DNA of 64,000 bases from Bdellovibrio sp. (GCA_036677065.1 JAKFBS010000011.1:160001-224000); one strand, 5' to 3'; numbered from the stretch's first letter, positions 50,729-61,522 are shown. The notes: generated from the letters alone by a model not told the origin. A program made the numbers and translations.

Positions 50729-52381
50729 ATGAATACAAATAAGGTAGCTAAATTTTTTACAGTTGTAGGTTTTTTTGTAGTCAGTGGGTTTATTACCGTA
50801 AATGCAGCCTTCGCAGCTGATGAATATCCAAATAAAGAAACTTGTTCCCGAGCTGAGCGTAGTAAATGTGAAGCTACCTCAGGTTGTGACGGTCAAGAGG
50901 GCGATAAATATACTACATGTACGGCTAAGTGTGCTCGCAGTACTGAAACAAAATGTGAATCTTACTCTTCAAGAGAAGACTCTAAAGAAAATGATTCAGA
51001 ATGCGTATCTGCATATAAAGCATATCAAGAGAGTTTAGCTGATACGAACAGTGCGTGCGAAAGCGTTGCCTCCCCTACTAGCTCATCATCATCTCGTTAT
51101 TCAGGTACGACAGACACTCGTAAAAAATGCTCTGAAAAAATTCAAGAATGTGCTCAGTTCGCCAGCCAAACTTCTGCACAAACCACACAAGAAGATGGCG
51201 GCATGTCGAGCACACTAAATATCTTTCGCGCTGTCATCGGCGGTGAAGAATCATTAGGTTTATCTGGAAGCAGCAGCTGTTTAGTTGATATCGATAGCAA
51301 AGAAGCGCGTGATGCTGAAAAAGAATTTCGTGACCGTCGTAAGGAATTTGAAAAAGAGAAAAAAGATATCGAAAACGACGCGATCAAAGATAAAGAAGAT
51401 AACGATAAAGAAATCACTCGTATCACAAAAGAAGTTCAGGAATTACAACGTGAAAACAAAGAAGTCTTAGCAAAAGCTGACGTGAGAATGCGTGAACAAT
51501 TAAATGCATCACAAAAAGACATGGTTGATTCAGCAGCGCGTTTACGTAACTTAACGACACAAATTTCAAAAAAGAATGATTCAGTAAGAGCTTTAAACTT
51601 TGCTTATGCTGATCGTATGCTTGATACCTCAACACAAAAACAGAACTTACGTTGTAAGTCTGCTTTAGACCAAGCCAAAACTTGTATGATCAAATCTGCT
51701 AAAGGAATCAAAGACGACGCTTGTAAGGACTTTCCTTTCACAATTAAATCTAAAGGTCCTAAAGCAACGGCTGAGTTAAAAGCGCAGTTACAAGTTGTTA
51801 ATGACGCTTGTTATGAAAAAGAAGAGCGCGAAAAAAAGAGATTAAACTTCGATCAACAAGAACAAATGAAAAAAGTTATGGATGAAATGACTGAACTTCA
51901 AGCGCAAGCTAAAGAAGAAGGTCAACGTCAACAAATTCAATCCGAGAACTCGACAAAAATTTCGCAAGAAGCTGAGCGCGAAAAACAAGAAGCTGAAGCA
52001 AATATGGCGCAACAAATTGCTACCTTACAAGGTGAGATGGCTCAATTTGCGCAAAAACTTGAAGCTAAAAACTTTCGTTCACAAGAACGCTTGAAAAAAT
52101 TAGCTGAAGACTTACAAAAATTAGAACTTGAAGAAAAAACAGGAAAACGTTCAAAAACAAGCTTAGCATCGGCAGCTGTTCGTAAAACAAAAGTTGATGT
52201 GGAAAACGTAATCGCTCAATGTGGTTGTGCTGAAGATATCGCTAATGCTAAGTCAGGCGAAGAAGCTCCTAAAGGCAGTTCAACTAAAGCATTAAACACG
52301 TGTAAGGCATTAAAACGTTCTTTACCGGCTGGTGGAGAAGAGAAAAAAACTCGAACAGGTAAATCGAAGAGTGCTTTTTAA
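50729..52381 (+). CDS. Exported Cys-rich coiled-coil hypothetical protein
   Basis: AAGGGGAG RBS, signal ending AFA, 18 Cys, long E/K/Q-rich helices. Confidence 0.85.
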   Translation: MNTNKVAKFFTVVGFFVVSGFITVNAAFAADEYPNKETCSRAERSKCEATSGCDGQEGDKYTTCTAKCARSTETKCESYSSREDSKENDSECVSAYKAYQESLADTNSACESVASPTSSSSSRYSGTTDTRKKCSEKIQECAQFASQTSAQTTQEDGGMSSTLNIFRAVIGGEESLGLSGSSSCLVDIDSKEARDAEKEFRDRRKEFEKEKKDIENDAIKDKEDNDKEITRITKEVQELQRENKEVLAKADVRMREQLNASQKDMVDSAARLRNLTTQISKKNDSVRALNFAYADRMLDTSTQKQNLRCKSALDQAKTCMIKSAKGIKDDACKDFPFTIKSKGPKATAELKAQLQVVNDACYEKEEREKKRLNFDQQEQMKKVMDEMTELQAQAKEEGQRQQIQSENSTKISQEAEREKQEAEANMAQQIATLQGEMAQFAQKLEAKNFRSQERLKKLAEDLQKLELEEKTGKRSKTSLASAAVRKTKVDVENVIAQCGCAEDIANAKSGEEAPKGSSTKALNTCKALKRSLPAGGEEKKTRTGKSKSAF

Positions 52382-52441
52382 TAAGACCAACATCTAGTTA
52401 CGATTACCCAGAAGGATATTTTTTTGATAGGCTAATTACCT

Positions 52442-55081
52442 ATGTTGAAAAAAATACTTCTGGGTCTTTTTGCTTTTATTTTTCTTTCTTTAACTGGCGC
52501 ATATTTTCTTTATAGCTCGGTTAAAGCTTCACTTCCTGAAGTCATCAAACTTGAAGATTACAAACCACTTTTAGTTTCACAAGTCTTCGATCGTAACGGA
52601 AAAAAAATCGGCGAGTTCTCGCGCCAGCGTCGCGTACTTATCCCCTACAAAGATATTCCTGAATTAGTGATCAAATCTTTTATCGCTGCCGAAGACGATA
52701 CGTTTTTTGAACATAAAGGTATTAATCTTCAGGCTTTACTGCGTGCATTTATTGCCAATATGCGGGCTGGAAGAAACGTTCAGGGCGGATCTACGATTAC
52801 TCAGCAAGTTGCTAAGACCTTGATTTTACAGACGAATGAAAAAACATATGCTCGTAAATTGCGTGACATGCTATTGGCCATTCAAATGGAAGAAAATCTA
52901 TCTAAGGGTGATATTTTATACCTTTATTTAAACCAAATTTACTTCGGTCAAAGTGCGTATGGCATTGAAATGGCGTCGCAAACTTACTTTAGAAAACCTG
53001 CTAAACATTTAACGATTCCAGAAGCGGCGATGTTAGCAGGGCTTCCAAAAGCTCCTTCAGACTATTCGCCAGTGAAAAATCCGATTCGCGCTAAAGAACG
53101 TCAGGTTTACGTGATTCATCGTTTACATGATATTGGTTACATCACCAAAGAACAACGAGACACGTTCGTAAAAACACCGATAAAAGTTTATTTAAAAGAA
53201 GAGTATGAAATTATCGCCCCGTTTTATTTAGAAACTCTTCGCCAGTTATTGGTGCAACAACTTGGTGAAGATGTGATTTTAAATCAAGGTGTACGCATTA
53301 CCACAGGTTTAGATTTGAACAAGCAAATCGCAGCTAATGAAGCTGTGGTTAAAGGCTTAAAAGAACTTGATAAACGCCAGGGTTTTCGCGGCCCACTTAA
53401 AGTATTAGAAACCGAAGCTGAATACGCCGAGTTTTTAGATAAACAAAAAAAATCAATTATCACCGAATCGAACCCAGAACGTACGATCTTAGAAGATGGA
53501 ACATTTGCTGAAGTTGATATTATTAAAAAAGGTCGCATCATCACTAAAAAAGTTAACGAAAAATTAGCGGCGACCAATTTACCGAGCTATTTAGACATTG
53601 GTAAAAATTATGAAGCTATCGTCACTAACGTGAATGATGCTGAAGCCTATGTTGAGGTTCAATTACCTGAAGCAAAAGGTTTAATTGAACTTGAAAGCAT
53701 GACTTGGGCTCGTAAAGTTAATTTCGACGTAAAAGCTGAAGGTAATGAAATTAAAAAGCCGTCATCAGCCCTGAAAAAAGGTGATGTGATTTTAGTTAAA
53801 ATTTTAGATGATAAATTCACGTGGCGCAAAACACGCGGAAAAATTCTTCCGAAATTAGATATTTCAAAACATTTAGCTATCGAACTTGATCAAGAACCCT
53901 TAGTTGAAGGCTCGCTACTTTCAATTGATCAGCAATCACAAGATGTTCTGGCCATGGTGGGCGGTTATAGTTTCGCGCGCAACGAGTATAACCGCGCCCT
54001 TCAAGCGGCTCGCCAAACGGGTTCTTCTTTCAAAGCTCTGGTTTACGCTGCTGCTTTAGAAAAAGGTTATAACGCCTCGACAAAAATTATTGATGCGCCA
54101 CTTGTTTACAAACAGAACAGCGGCGAAGAAGGCCAGGGCGATGAAAAAATCTGGAAACCTTCAAATCACGGCAAAGAATTTAGCGGTGAGATCACCATGC
54201 GCAATGCGCTTGTTAAATCTTTAAATATTCCGAGTGTAAAAATCGTTGAAGACATCGGCGTTGATTTTGCGACTGATTTTGCACAACGTTTGGGAATTTT
54301 TTCAAAACTAAATCCGGATTATACTTTGGTATTAGGTTCAAGCTCTGTGACTTTATATGAAATGACAAAAGCCTTTTCACAGTTTGGTCGTTTAGGTAAA
54401 CGCACTCGTCCAATGATTGTAAAAAAGGTGATCGATACTACAGGCAAAGTGATTTTAGAAAACCTGTCTTTAGATGCCCGCTTTACCAATGAGATGGCAC
54501 CGATTGAAGAAAAGTTTGCGCAAAAAAGAAAAGAATTCGAAAGCCAAGACAGCAATGCAGAAAATGCGCCGTCGTCTCCGTTTTTCTTTGAAGATCCAGA
54601 GCAATTGATTCGCCCAGAAGTCGCAGCAACGATTACGCATATGTTGCGCGGAACTGTTGAAGACGCTTACGGCACTGGCGGACGCGCAGCGGGATTAGGA
54701 CGCGAAGTAGCAGGAAAAACTGGAACAACAAATGGTTACGTCGATGCTTGGTTTATCGCCTACTCTCCCCAAATTGCCACAGGTGTTTGGGTTGGATTTG
54801 ATAAAGAAGCTACAATCGGCCGCGGCGAAGTGGGTGGAAAATCAGCTCTTCCTATCTGGCTCGATTATATGAAAGCTGCGCACACCGGATTACCCCCTAT
54901 GTCATTTCCGATCCCTGATGGAGTTAAAATCGTGAAAGTCGACGCTGAAAGTGGTAAGTTGGCGAACTCGGCTAGCAGCAGAACGATCATGCAAGCGTAT
55001 ATCGAAGGCACTGAACCAACGGCAGCTGAAAGTCGCAGCGAAGAAACGACCGACTACTTAAAGCGGGATATCGAAGAATAA
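52442..55081 (+). CDS. mrcA: Penicillin-binding protein 1A
   Basis: GT51 motifs (EDDTFFEHKG, GGSTITQQ), OB-like insert, SSFK, SLN, KTGT. Confidence 0.93.
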   Translation: MLKKILLGLFAFIFLSLTGAYFLYSSVKASLPEVIKLEDYKPLLVSQVFDRNGKKIGEFSRQRRVLIPYKDIPELVIKSFIAAEDDTFFEHKGINLQALLRAFIANMRAGRNVQGGSTITQQVAKTLILQTNEKTYARKLRDMLLAIQMEENLSKGDILYLYLNQIYFGQSAYGIEMASQTYFRKPAKHLTIPEAAMLAGLPKAPSDYSPVKNPIRAKERQVYVIHRLHDIGYITKEQRDTFVKTPIKVYLKEEYEIIAPFYLETLRQLLVQQLGEDVILNQGVRITTGLDLNKQIAANEAVVKGLKELDKRQGFRGPLKVLETEAEYAEFLDKQKKSIITESNPERTILEDGTFAEVDIIKKGRIITKKVNEKLAATNLPSYLDIGKNYEAIVTNVNDAEAYVEVQLPEAKGLIELESMTWARKVNFDVKAEGNEIKKPSSALKKGDVILVKILDDKFTWRKTRGKILPKLDISKHLAIELDQEPLVEGSLLSIDQQSQDVLAMVGGYSFARNEYNRALQAARQTGSSFKALVYAAALEKGYNASTKIIDAPLVYKQNSGEEGQGDEKIWKPSNHGKEFSGEITMRNALVKSLNIPSVKIVEDIGVDFATDFAQRLGIFSKLNPDYTLVLGSSSVTLYEMTKAFSQFGRLGKRTRPMIVKKVIDTTGKVILENLSLDARFTNEMAPIEEKFAQKRKEFESQDSNAENAPSSPFFFEDPEQLIRPEVAATITHMLRGTVEDAYGTGGRAAGLGREVAGKTGTTNGYVDAWFIAYSPQIATGVWVGFDKEATIGRGEVGGKSALPIWLDYMKAAHTGLPPMSFPIPDGVKIVKVDAESGKLANSASSRTIMQAYIEGTEPTAAESRSEETTDYLKRDIEE

Positions 55082-55093
55082 GGACCAGGATCA

Positions 55094-57934
55094 ATGAAGA
55101 GCATCCACATTTGGGGTATCAAACAAAATAATTTAAAAAATATTGAAGTTGAAATCCCATTAGGTCAAATGACTGTGATTTGCGGCCCTTCTGGTTCTGG
55201 AAAAAGTTCTTTAGCCTTTGAAACTTTGTTCGCTGAAGGCCAGCGTCGTTTTATCGAGAGCATGTCTAATTATGCTCGTCAGTTTTTAAATAAAGCACCA
55301 AAGCCTGACATCGAAGGCATTAATAATATCCCTCCGGCAATTTCAATCGAACAAAAAAATACAGTTAAATCTTCACGCTCAACTGTTGGTACGACGACAG
55401 AGCTTATTGATTATTTGCGTTTATTTTTTGAAAAGATCGGAACACCGTACTGCCCGACCCATCATATACCGGCGACTAAAATTTCAACCACCGAAGCTTC
55501 AGATTTAGTTTTAGAAAAATTTAAAGATAAACGTGGTTACATCTTAGTTGAAATTTCTGCCGGTCAACGCGTGCTTGAAGGTAAAAAACTGCATTCATTA
55601 CTTTTACAAGATGGTTATTTACGTATTACGACGTTAAAAGAAAAAAAGGGTAAGAAAAAAACTGACCCCGTTGTTTTTGAAATGGGTGAAGTGATCGATA
55701 TTGGCGAAAAAGCTAATATTAAAAAAGGAATTCCGGCAGACACATTTTATTTAGTGATTGATCGTATGGCTTTTAGCGCTGATGAAAAAGGTCGTTTAAC
55801 CGATTCACTGACACAAGCTTATGATGTCAGCCTTAAATACTTAACAGGTTCTTTAATTCGCAGAGCTTTAGTTGTTACCACTGAAGGCGAATATTTAAAA
55901 CTTTCAGAAGAACCATCATGTGCAATTTGTGGTTATACACCACCACCAATGTCGTCAAAATTATTTTCATTTAATTCACCTATCGGCGCCTGCCCAACGT
56001 GTAAAGGTTTTGGCAATGTGCTTGAGCTTGATGAAGCTAAGGTTATTCCAAATCCTGAATTATCAATCTCGGAAGGCGCATTAAACCCATTTACCATGCC
56101 TTCAGCAGAACAAGATAAAAAATCTCTTTTTGCGTTCTGTAAAAAAAATAAAATCGATCTGAAAACACCTTGGAAAGATTTACCCAAGGCTGAGCGCGAT
56201 TTAATTTGGGCTGGTAACAAAGATTTTTTTGGGGTTGTTGGTTTATTTGAATATCTAGATCAAATTAAATACAAAATGCATGTGCGCGTATTTATTTCGC
56301 GCTACCGCTCTGGCCGTCAGTGCCCGGATTGCCATGGTTCACGCTTACGTAAAGAAGTGCACCACATTTTAGTGCAAGGTAAATCGATCACAGAATTAAG
56401 TGCATTAACAATTGAAGAATTAGATAAGTATTTTGAAACTATTAAATTAACTAAGTACCAGCAAGAAGTTGCCGGTGAAGTGTTAAAACAAATTCGTTCG
56501 CGCTTAAATTATTTAATGCGCGTGGGAGTAAATTATTTAACCATCGATCGCGAAACCAGAACTTTATCAGGTGGTGAATACCAACGTTTAATTCTGGCCA
56601 ATCAATTAGGATCAGGCTTATCACAAACTCTTTATGTTTTAGATGAACCTACAGTTGGTTTGCACCCGCGTGATAATGATCGATTGATTTCTATTTTAAA
56701 AGATTTGCGCGATTTAGGTAATACTTTAGTTATCGTTGAACATGATCACGATGTAATTAAAAATGCTGAAAACATTATTGAAATGGGCCCTGGCTCTGGT
56801 TACCTTGGTGGACAAGTGGTTTATTCGGGTAATACCGAGAATTTTTACCAAGCGCCGCAATCAAATACAGCCAGCTACTTAAAACCCAGCAAAGAAAAAG
56901 TCTTACGCACAGTTCGTCCGGTAGAACTTACGAATTATAAGTATAAATTAGATTTACAGGGCTGCAGCGGTCACAATTTAAAAAATGTCGATGTCAGTAT
57001 TCCGTTAAATCGACTAGTCGCTATTACTGGCGTGAGTGGTTCTGGCAAATCAACCTTAATTTCAAAAACTTTATACCCAGCCCTAGCACGTAAACTTGAA
57101 TTAGAATTTTTACCGGCGCAGCCTTTTGAAAAGATCTCGGGCTTTGAAACCATCAAAAATGTTTTATTAGTAGATCAATCCCCGATCGGAAAATCTGCAC
57201 GTAGTTCGCCGATCACTTATTTAAAAGCTTTTGATTCTATTCGTAATGTCTTAGCCGCAACGCCAGAAGCGGTGTCACGCGGTTATACACCGGGAACATT
57301 TAGTTTAAATGTCGACGGTGGACGCTGCCCTGCTTGTCGCGGAACAGGTTATGAAGAAATCGACATGCAATTCATGGATAATGTGATTATTCCGTGTGAT
57401 GTCTGTGATAGTAAAAAATATCGCCCTGAAATTTTAGAAATTACTTTTCAGGGTAAAAACGTTCACGAAATTCTATCTTTGACAGTTCAAGAAGCCATGA
57501 ACTTTTTTGTGGCTCATCCGCACATTCGTAAACCACTATCAGTTTTAAAAGAAGTGGGTCTTGATTATTTAACCCTGGGTCAGCCAGCCAATTCTTTAAG
57601 TGGTGGTGAATCACAGCGTTTAAAAATCGCAAAAGAGCTTTCTCAAGTTTCGCAAAAGTCGACTCTATACATTTTAGATGAACCTACTACTGGCTTACAC
57701 TTTAAAGAGATCGAACTTTTAATGAAGGTCTTACATAAACTGATTGAAGCCGGCGGTTCAGTTATCGTTGTTGAGCATAACCTCGATGTGATTAAGAATT
57801 CAGATTACATCATTGATATGGGCCCTGATGCCGGCAAAATGGGTGGCCAAGTCGTGGTCGCCGGAACTCCAGAAGATGTTATGGCCAGCAAAAAAAGTTT
57901 AACTGGCCAATACCTTAAATCTTATTTACGCTAA
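55094..57934 (+). CDS. uvrA: Excinuclease ABC subunit A
   Basis: GPSGSGKSSLAF, FSFNSPIGACPTC, LSGGE twice, GVSGSGKST, FSLNVDGGRC. Confidence 0.93.
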   Translation: MKSIHIWGIKQNNLKNIEVEIPLGQMTVICGPSGSGKSSLAFETLFAEGQRRFIESMSNYARQFLNKAPKPDIEGINNIPPAISIEQKNTVKSSRSTVGTTTELIDYLRLFFEKIGTPYCPTHHIPATKISTTEASDLVLEKFKDKRGYILVEISAGQRVLEGKKLHSLLLQDGYLRITTLKEKKGKKKTDPVVFEMGEVIDIGEKANIKKGIPADTFYLVIDRMAFSADEKGRLTDSLTQAYDVSLKYLTGSLIRRALVVTTEGEYLKLSEEPSCAICGYTPPPMSSKLFSFNSPIGACPTCKGFGNVLELDEAKVIPNPELSISEGALNPFTMPSAEQDKKSLFAFCKKNKIDLKTPWKDLPKAERDLIWAGNKDFFGVVGLFEYLDQIKYKMHVRVFISRYRSGRQCPDCHGSRLRKEVHHILVQGKSITELSALTIEELDKYFETIKLTKYQQEVAGEVLKQIRSRLNYLMRVGVNYLTIDRETRTLSGGEYQRLILANQLGSGLSQTLYVLDEPTVGLHPRDNDRLISILKDLRDLGNTLVIVEHDHDVIKNAENIIEMGPGSGYLGGQVVYSGNTENFYQAPQSNTASYLKPSKEKVLRTVRPVELTNYKYKLDLQGCSGHNLKNVDVSIPLNRLVAITGVSGSGKSTLISKTLYPALARKLELEFLPAQPFEKISGFETIKNVLLVDQSPIGKSARSSPITYLKAFDSIRNVLAATPEAVSRGYTPGTFSLNVDGGRCPACRGTGYEEIDMQFMDNVIIPCDVCDSKKYRPEILEITFQGKNVHEILSLTVQEAMNFFVAHPHIRKPLSVLKEVGLDYLTLGQPANSLSGGESQRLKIAKELSQVSQKSTLYILDEPTTGLHFKEIELLMKVLHKLIEAGGSVIVVEHNLDVIKNSDYIIDMGPDAGKMGGQVVVAGTPEDVMASKKSLTGQYLKSYLR

Positions 57935-57942
57935 GGTCATAG

Positions 57943-59658
57943 ATGCAGTCAGATATTCGTTATGTTTGGTCAAAATTATTAAAGTATAAATCTACCCTGA
58001 TCATCGTTGGTCTTACGGGAATGATTTATGCTGCCTCTAAAGCTTTTATTGCTCACTATGTGAAAAATTTGATGGATTCAGCAGCCATGCCGCAGAATCT
58101 TGAATCTTTAATTGGTATTGGTATCGGCCTAGCCTTTGTTATTTCTATTTCTCGTTATTTTCATATTTATTTAATGAATGTGGTCAGCGAAAAAGTAACT
58201 CAGGATATTCGCCAGCAGTTACAACAAAAGTTTTTACGCCTAAACCTAAAGTTTCATAATACATACGCTTCAGGTTCGGGTGGCTTATTAAGCCGTACGT
58301 TCAATGACGTTAAAATCGTACAGGACGGTTTACGTCTGTTCGCTGATATCTTTACGGCACCCCTGATGTTCGTAGCCGTAGTATTCAATTTATTTTATTT
58401 TGATACGACCTTAGCTTTTTCAATTCTAGTTATCACTCCGGTGATTTTAATTGCTCTACGTCAGCTCTCTAAGACCATTAAAAAGTATTCGGTATTTGGT
58501 GTTGAACAGTTAGAACGTATTACATCAACCATTAAAGAATCATTAGATGGCGTAAGAACAATTCAAGCGTTCAATTTGGAAAACTTTTTTAAAAATAGAT
58601 TAATTGGCCAAGGTGATCGCTTTATCGAAATGCGCCGTAAAGTGCATGGACGCGTAGAATTGATTGGCCCTATTAATGAATTCGTAGCCACATTGATTCT
58701 TGTCGCCATCGTGTATTACTTCTCATCACGCATAGCTGCGGGTAAATCTTCATTTGGTATCTTAATGGCATATTTAACGACGATCATGCAAGCTAATGAA
58801 CCGATTAAAAAGTTTCAAGAAGCCATCGTGCGTCTGCAAGAAAGCCGCGTTTGCGCTGATCGCATTGAAAAAATGCTTAATGAAGACAGCGAAGTTCCTG
58901 AGTCTGGTAAAAACTTACCGTTTCCAAAAACTTGGGACATCATTGAATATAAAAATATTCAATTCGCTTATGATAGTACTCCGTTAATTCAAAACTTTAA
59001 TTTGCAGATTAGAAAAGGCCAAACCGTAGCTTTCGTTGGTGAAAGTGGAAGTGGTAAGACGACCTTAGCGAACTTACTAGCACGCTTTTACGATGCGCAG
59101 AGCGGTGAAATTACAATTGGCGGGGTAAACACTAAAGATATTCTTCTACATGATCTTAGAAAAAATATTGGTTTAGTTTCTCAGGATGTCTTTTTATTTT
59201 CTGACACTATTACAACGAATATTACTGCCGGTCTAAATTCTACTGCTAGCGATAAAGTCGTGGCCTCTGCTAAAGCCGCACACGCCTTAGATTTTATTAA
59301 TAAAAATCCAAATAAGTTTGATACCTTAGTCGGCGAACGCGGCGGTAATTTTTCTGGTGGCGAAAAACAACGTTTAGCTATTGCGCGTGCATTATATAAA
59401 GACGCACCGATTTTAATTTTAGATGAAGCGACAAGCGCACTAGATTCAGTCAGCGAAGAACAAGTTCAGCGCGGCTTAGATGAATTAATGCAAGGTCGTA
59501 CGACTTTGGTGATTGCTCACCGTCTATCTACTATACAAAGTGCTGACTTAATTTTAGTCATGAAGCATGGTCAGTGTGTTGAAAAAGGTGTACACAAAGA
59601 GCTGTTAGAAAAAAATGGCGAGTACGCACGACTGTATTACACGCAAAATAAAGCGTAA
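57943..59658 (+). CDS. ABC exporter, MsbA-like
   Basis: TM domain plus GESGSGKTT, FSGGEKQR, LDEATSALD. Confidence 0.88.
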   Translation: MQSDIRYVWSKLLKYKSTLIIVGLTGMIYAASKAFIAHYVKNLMDSAAMPQNLESLIGIGIGLAFVISISRYFHIYLMNVVSEKVTQDIRQQLQQKFLRLNLKFHNTYASGSGGLLSRTFNDVKIVQDGLRLFADIFTAPLMFVAVVFNLFYFDTTLAFSILVITPVILIALRQLSKTIKKYSVFGVEQLERITSTIKESLDGVRTIQAFNLENFFKNRLIGQGDRFIEMRRKVHGRVELIGPINEFVATLILVAIVYYFSSRIAAGKSSFGILMAYLTTIMQANEPIKKFQEAIVRLQESRVCADRIEKMLNEDSEVPESGKNLPFPKTWDIIEYKNIQFAYDSTPLIQNFNLQIRKGQTVAFVGESGSGKTTLANLLARFYDAQSGEITIGGVNTKDILLHDLRKNIGLVSQDVFLFSDTITTNITAGLNSTASDKVVASAKAAHALDFINKNPNKFDTLVGERGGNFSGGEKQRLAIARALYKDAPILILDEATSALDSVSEEQVQRGLDELMQGRTTLVIAHRLSTIQSADLILVMKHGQCVEKGVHKELLEKNGEYARLYYTQNKA

Positions 59659-59787
59659 CCAAATCAAAAGGCTAGACGTAAGTCTAAGTTCGTCAAAAGT
59701 TTAAACAAAATTAAAATTGCGGTCTCAAGTCTGTCAACAAAGTTGACGATAAATAATTATACAAAAAAGACAACAAAGAGGTGTCGT

Positions 59788-61341
59788 ATGATTAATTGGA
59801 ACGAATTCGAACATATTCACGTAATTAAAAAGTTAAAACACGTTCTCCAAGCTTGGTGGAATGTAGATACAGTTTTTACTGATGAGCGCGGACAAATCAA
59901 AGGCTTAGATGAAAAACTAACTTTTGCTAATCCAGCTGTGAATTATTTAATTCACAAAGAGCTAACGCAAAATAGCCTGGCTGATTTAGTGTCGGCATCT
60001 ATTAATGACTTACGCCAATCAAATAACCCTTTTGTTTTCAAAAAATGGGATGCAGCAGGTTTTGATGTGTGTGTATTTCCAATCGTCATCGAAAACGATT
60101 TCGTAGGAACTGTTGTGGCGATGGGTTTTTTCAAAGAAGAAAACACAGCTCACAGAATTTCTGAAATTCGTGAACGTTTAGCAACTTACGGTTGCACGAA
60201 CGAACTAATCGAAAAATCATTATCTAAATTTCAATATCTTGATGAAGCTAATCGCACTCATTTTACTGAGTTAGTTGAATTAGTTGCGCAAGAGATCGTT
60301 ACATTACATGTAGAAATCGCTAGCCGCGAATCTAAAATCAGCCAGTTAAACTCTGAATTAGGTAATCGTTTCAAATATGACAACATGATCGGTAAATCTA
60401 AACCGATGCAGTCGTTATATGCTTTGCTTGATAAAATTAAATTTGCTGATTCTACTGTTATGATCCAAGGGGATAACGGTACTGGTAAAGAATTGATTGC
60501 AAAATCAATCCATTACAATTCTCACCGTAAAGGTAACAACTTTGTTATCCAGAACTGCTCGGCATTCAATGATAACTTATTAGAATCAGAATTATTCGGT
60601 CACGTTAAAGGATCGTTCACAGGTGCTTTAAAAGACAAAAAAGGTCTTTTTGAAATCGCTGATAAAGGAACTTTCTTCTTGGATGAGATCGGTGATACTT
60701 CACCACAAATGCAAGTAAAGCTTCTTCGCGTATTACAAGAAGGAACTTTTACTCCGGTAGGTTCTACTGAAATGAGAAAAGTAGATGTACGTATCGTTGC
60801 CGCTACGAACAAAAACTTACGTGAAATGGTTGAACAAGGCACATTCCGCGAAGACTTGTATTACCGTTTAAATGTAATCAATATTCGTGTTCCGCCATTA
60901 CGTGAGCGTAAAGAAGATATTCCTGTATTAGTGGATTTTTTCTTAGCTAAAGTTGCAGAACAATCTGGTAAACCTAAAAAGCAATTAATGGGCCGTGCTG
61001 TTGAAAAACTATATGACTATGCTTGGCCAGGTAACGTGCGTGAATTGCAAAATGAAATCGAAAGATTATGCGTTTTAGCAGGCGACGAAGTTAAAGTTGG
61101 GCATGAAATTTTATCTCCGAAAATCTTAGAAATTGGTGAAAAAGCCAAAGTTCAGGGCTCTCGTTTACAAGGTAAACTAAAAGATGCTTTAGAAGACCTA
61201 GAGCGCGAAATGATCAAAGAAGGTTTACGCCGCACGGGTTGGAATAAGTCTAAATTAGCTAAAGAGCTTGGTATTTCACGTGCCGGTCTTATCATGAAAG
61301 TTGAAAAATACGGTCTTGATAAACGTAAGTTAGCTCGCTAA
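59788..61341 (+). CDS. Sigma54-dependent activator (PocR-like sensor, AAA+, Fis-type HTH)
   Basis: GAGG RBS before ATG 59788; GDNGTGKE, ESELFGH, GSFTGA, FLDEIG, WPGNVREL, WNKSKLAKELGISR. Confidence 0.93.
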   Translation: MINWNEFEHIHVIKKLKHVLQAWWNVDTVFTDERGQIKGLDEKLTFANPAVNYLIHKELTQNSLADLVSASINDLRQSNNPFVFKKWDAAGFDVCVFPIVIENDFVGTVVAMGFFKEENTAHRISEIRERLATYGCTNELIEKSLSKFQYLDEANRTHFTELVELVAQEIVTLHVEIASRESKISQLNSELGNRFKYDNMIGKSKPMQSLYALLDKIKFADSTVMIQGDNGTGKELIAKSIHYNSHRKGNNFVIQNCSAFNDNLLESELFGHVKGSFTGALKDKKGLFEIADKGTFFLDEIGDTSPQMQVKLLRVLQEGTFTPVGSTEMRKVDVRIVAATNKNLREMVEQGTFREDLYYRLNVINIRVPPLRERKEDIPVLVDFFLAKVAEQSGKPKKQLMGRAVEKLYDYAWPGNVRELQNEIERLCVLAGDEVKVGHEILSPKILEIGEKAKVQGSRLQGKLKDALEDLEREMIKEGLRRTGWNKSKLAKELGISRAGLIMKVEKYGLDKRKLAR

Positions 61342-61369
61342 CTATCAATACACATTAAGAAAAAAATTC

Positions 61370-61401
61370 AACCTGAGGCTTAAAACCCTCAGGTTTTTTT
61401 T
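61370..61401 (+). terminator. Intrinsic terminator
   Basis: AACCTGAGG-CTTAAAAC-CCTCAGGTT followed by T run. Confidence 0.9.
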
Positions 61402-61522
61402 CGTCTAAAACATTGTCATATCTTTTTTTCACAACCCTTTTCTCTTCTGAAAACAGGCATTTACCCCTAGTACATAGGCTCTATAACAAATAATTTGACA
61501 GCGTGCCAAGCGGAACAAAATT

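Noticed and set aside
60590..60630. GSFTGA instead of GAFTGA in the activator
   Set aside because: Common variant among sigma54 activators
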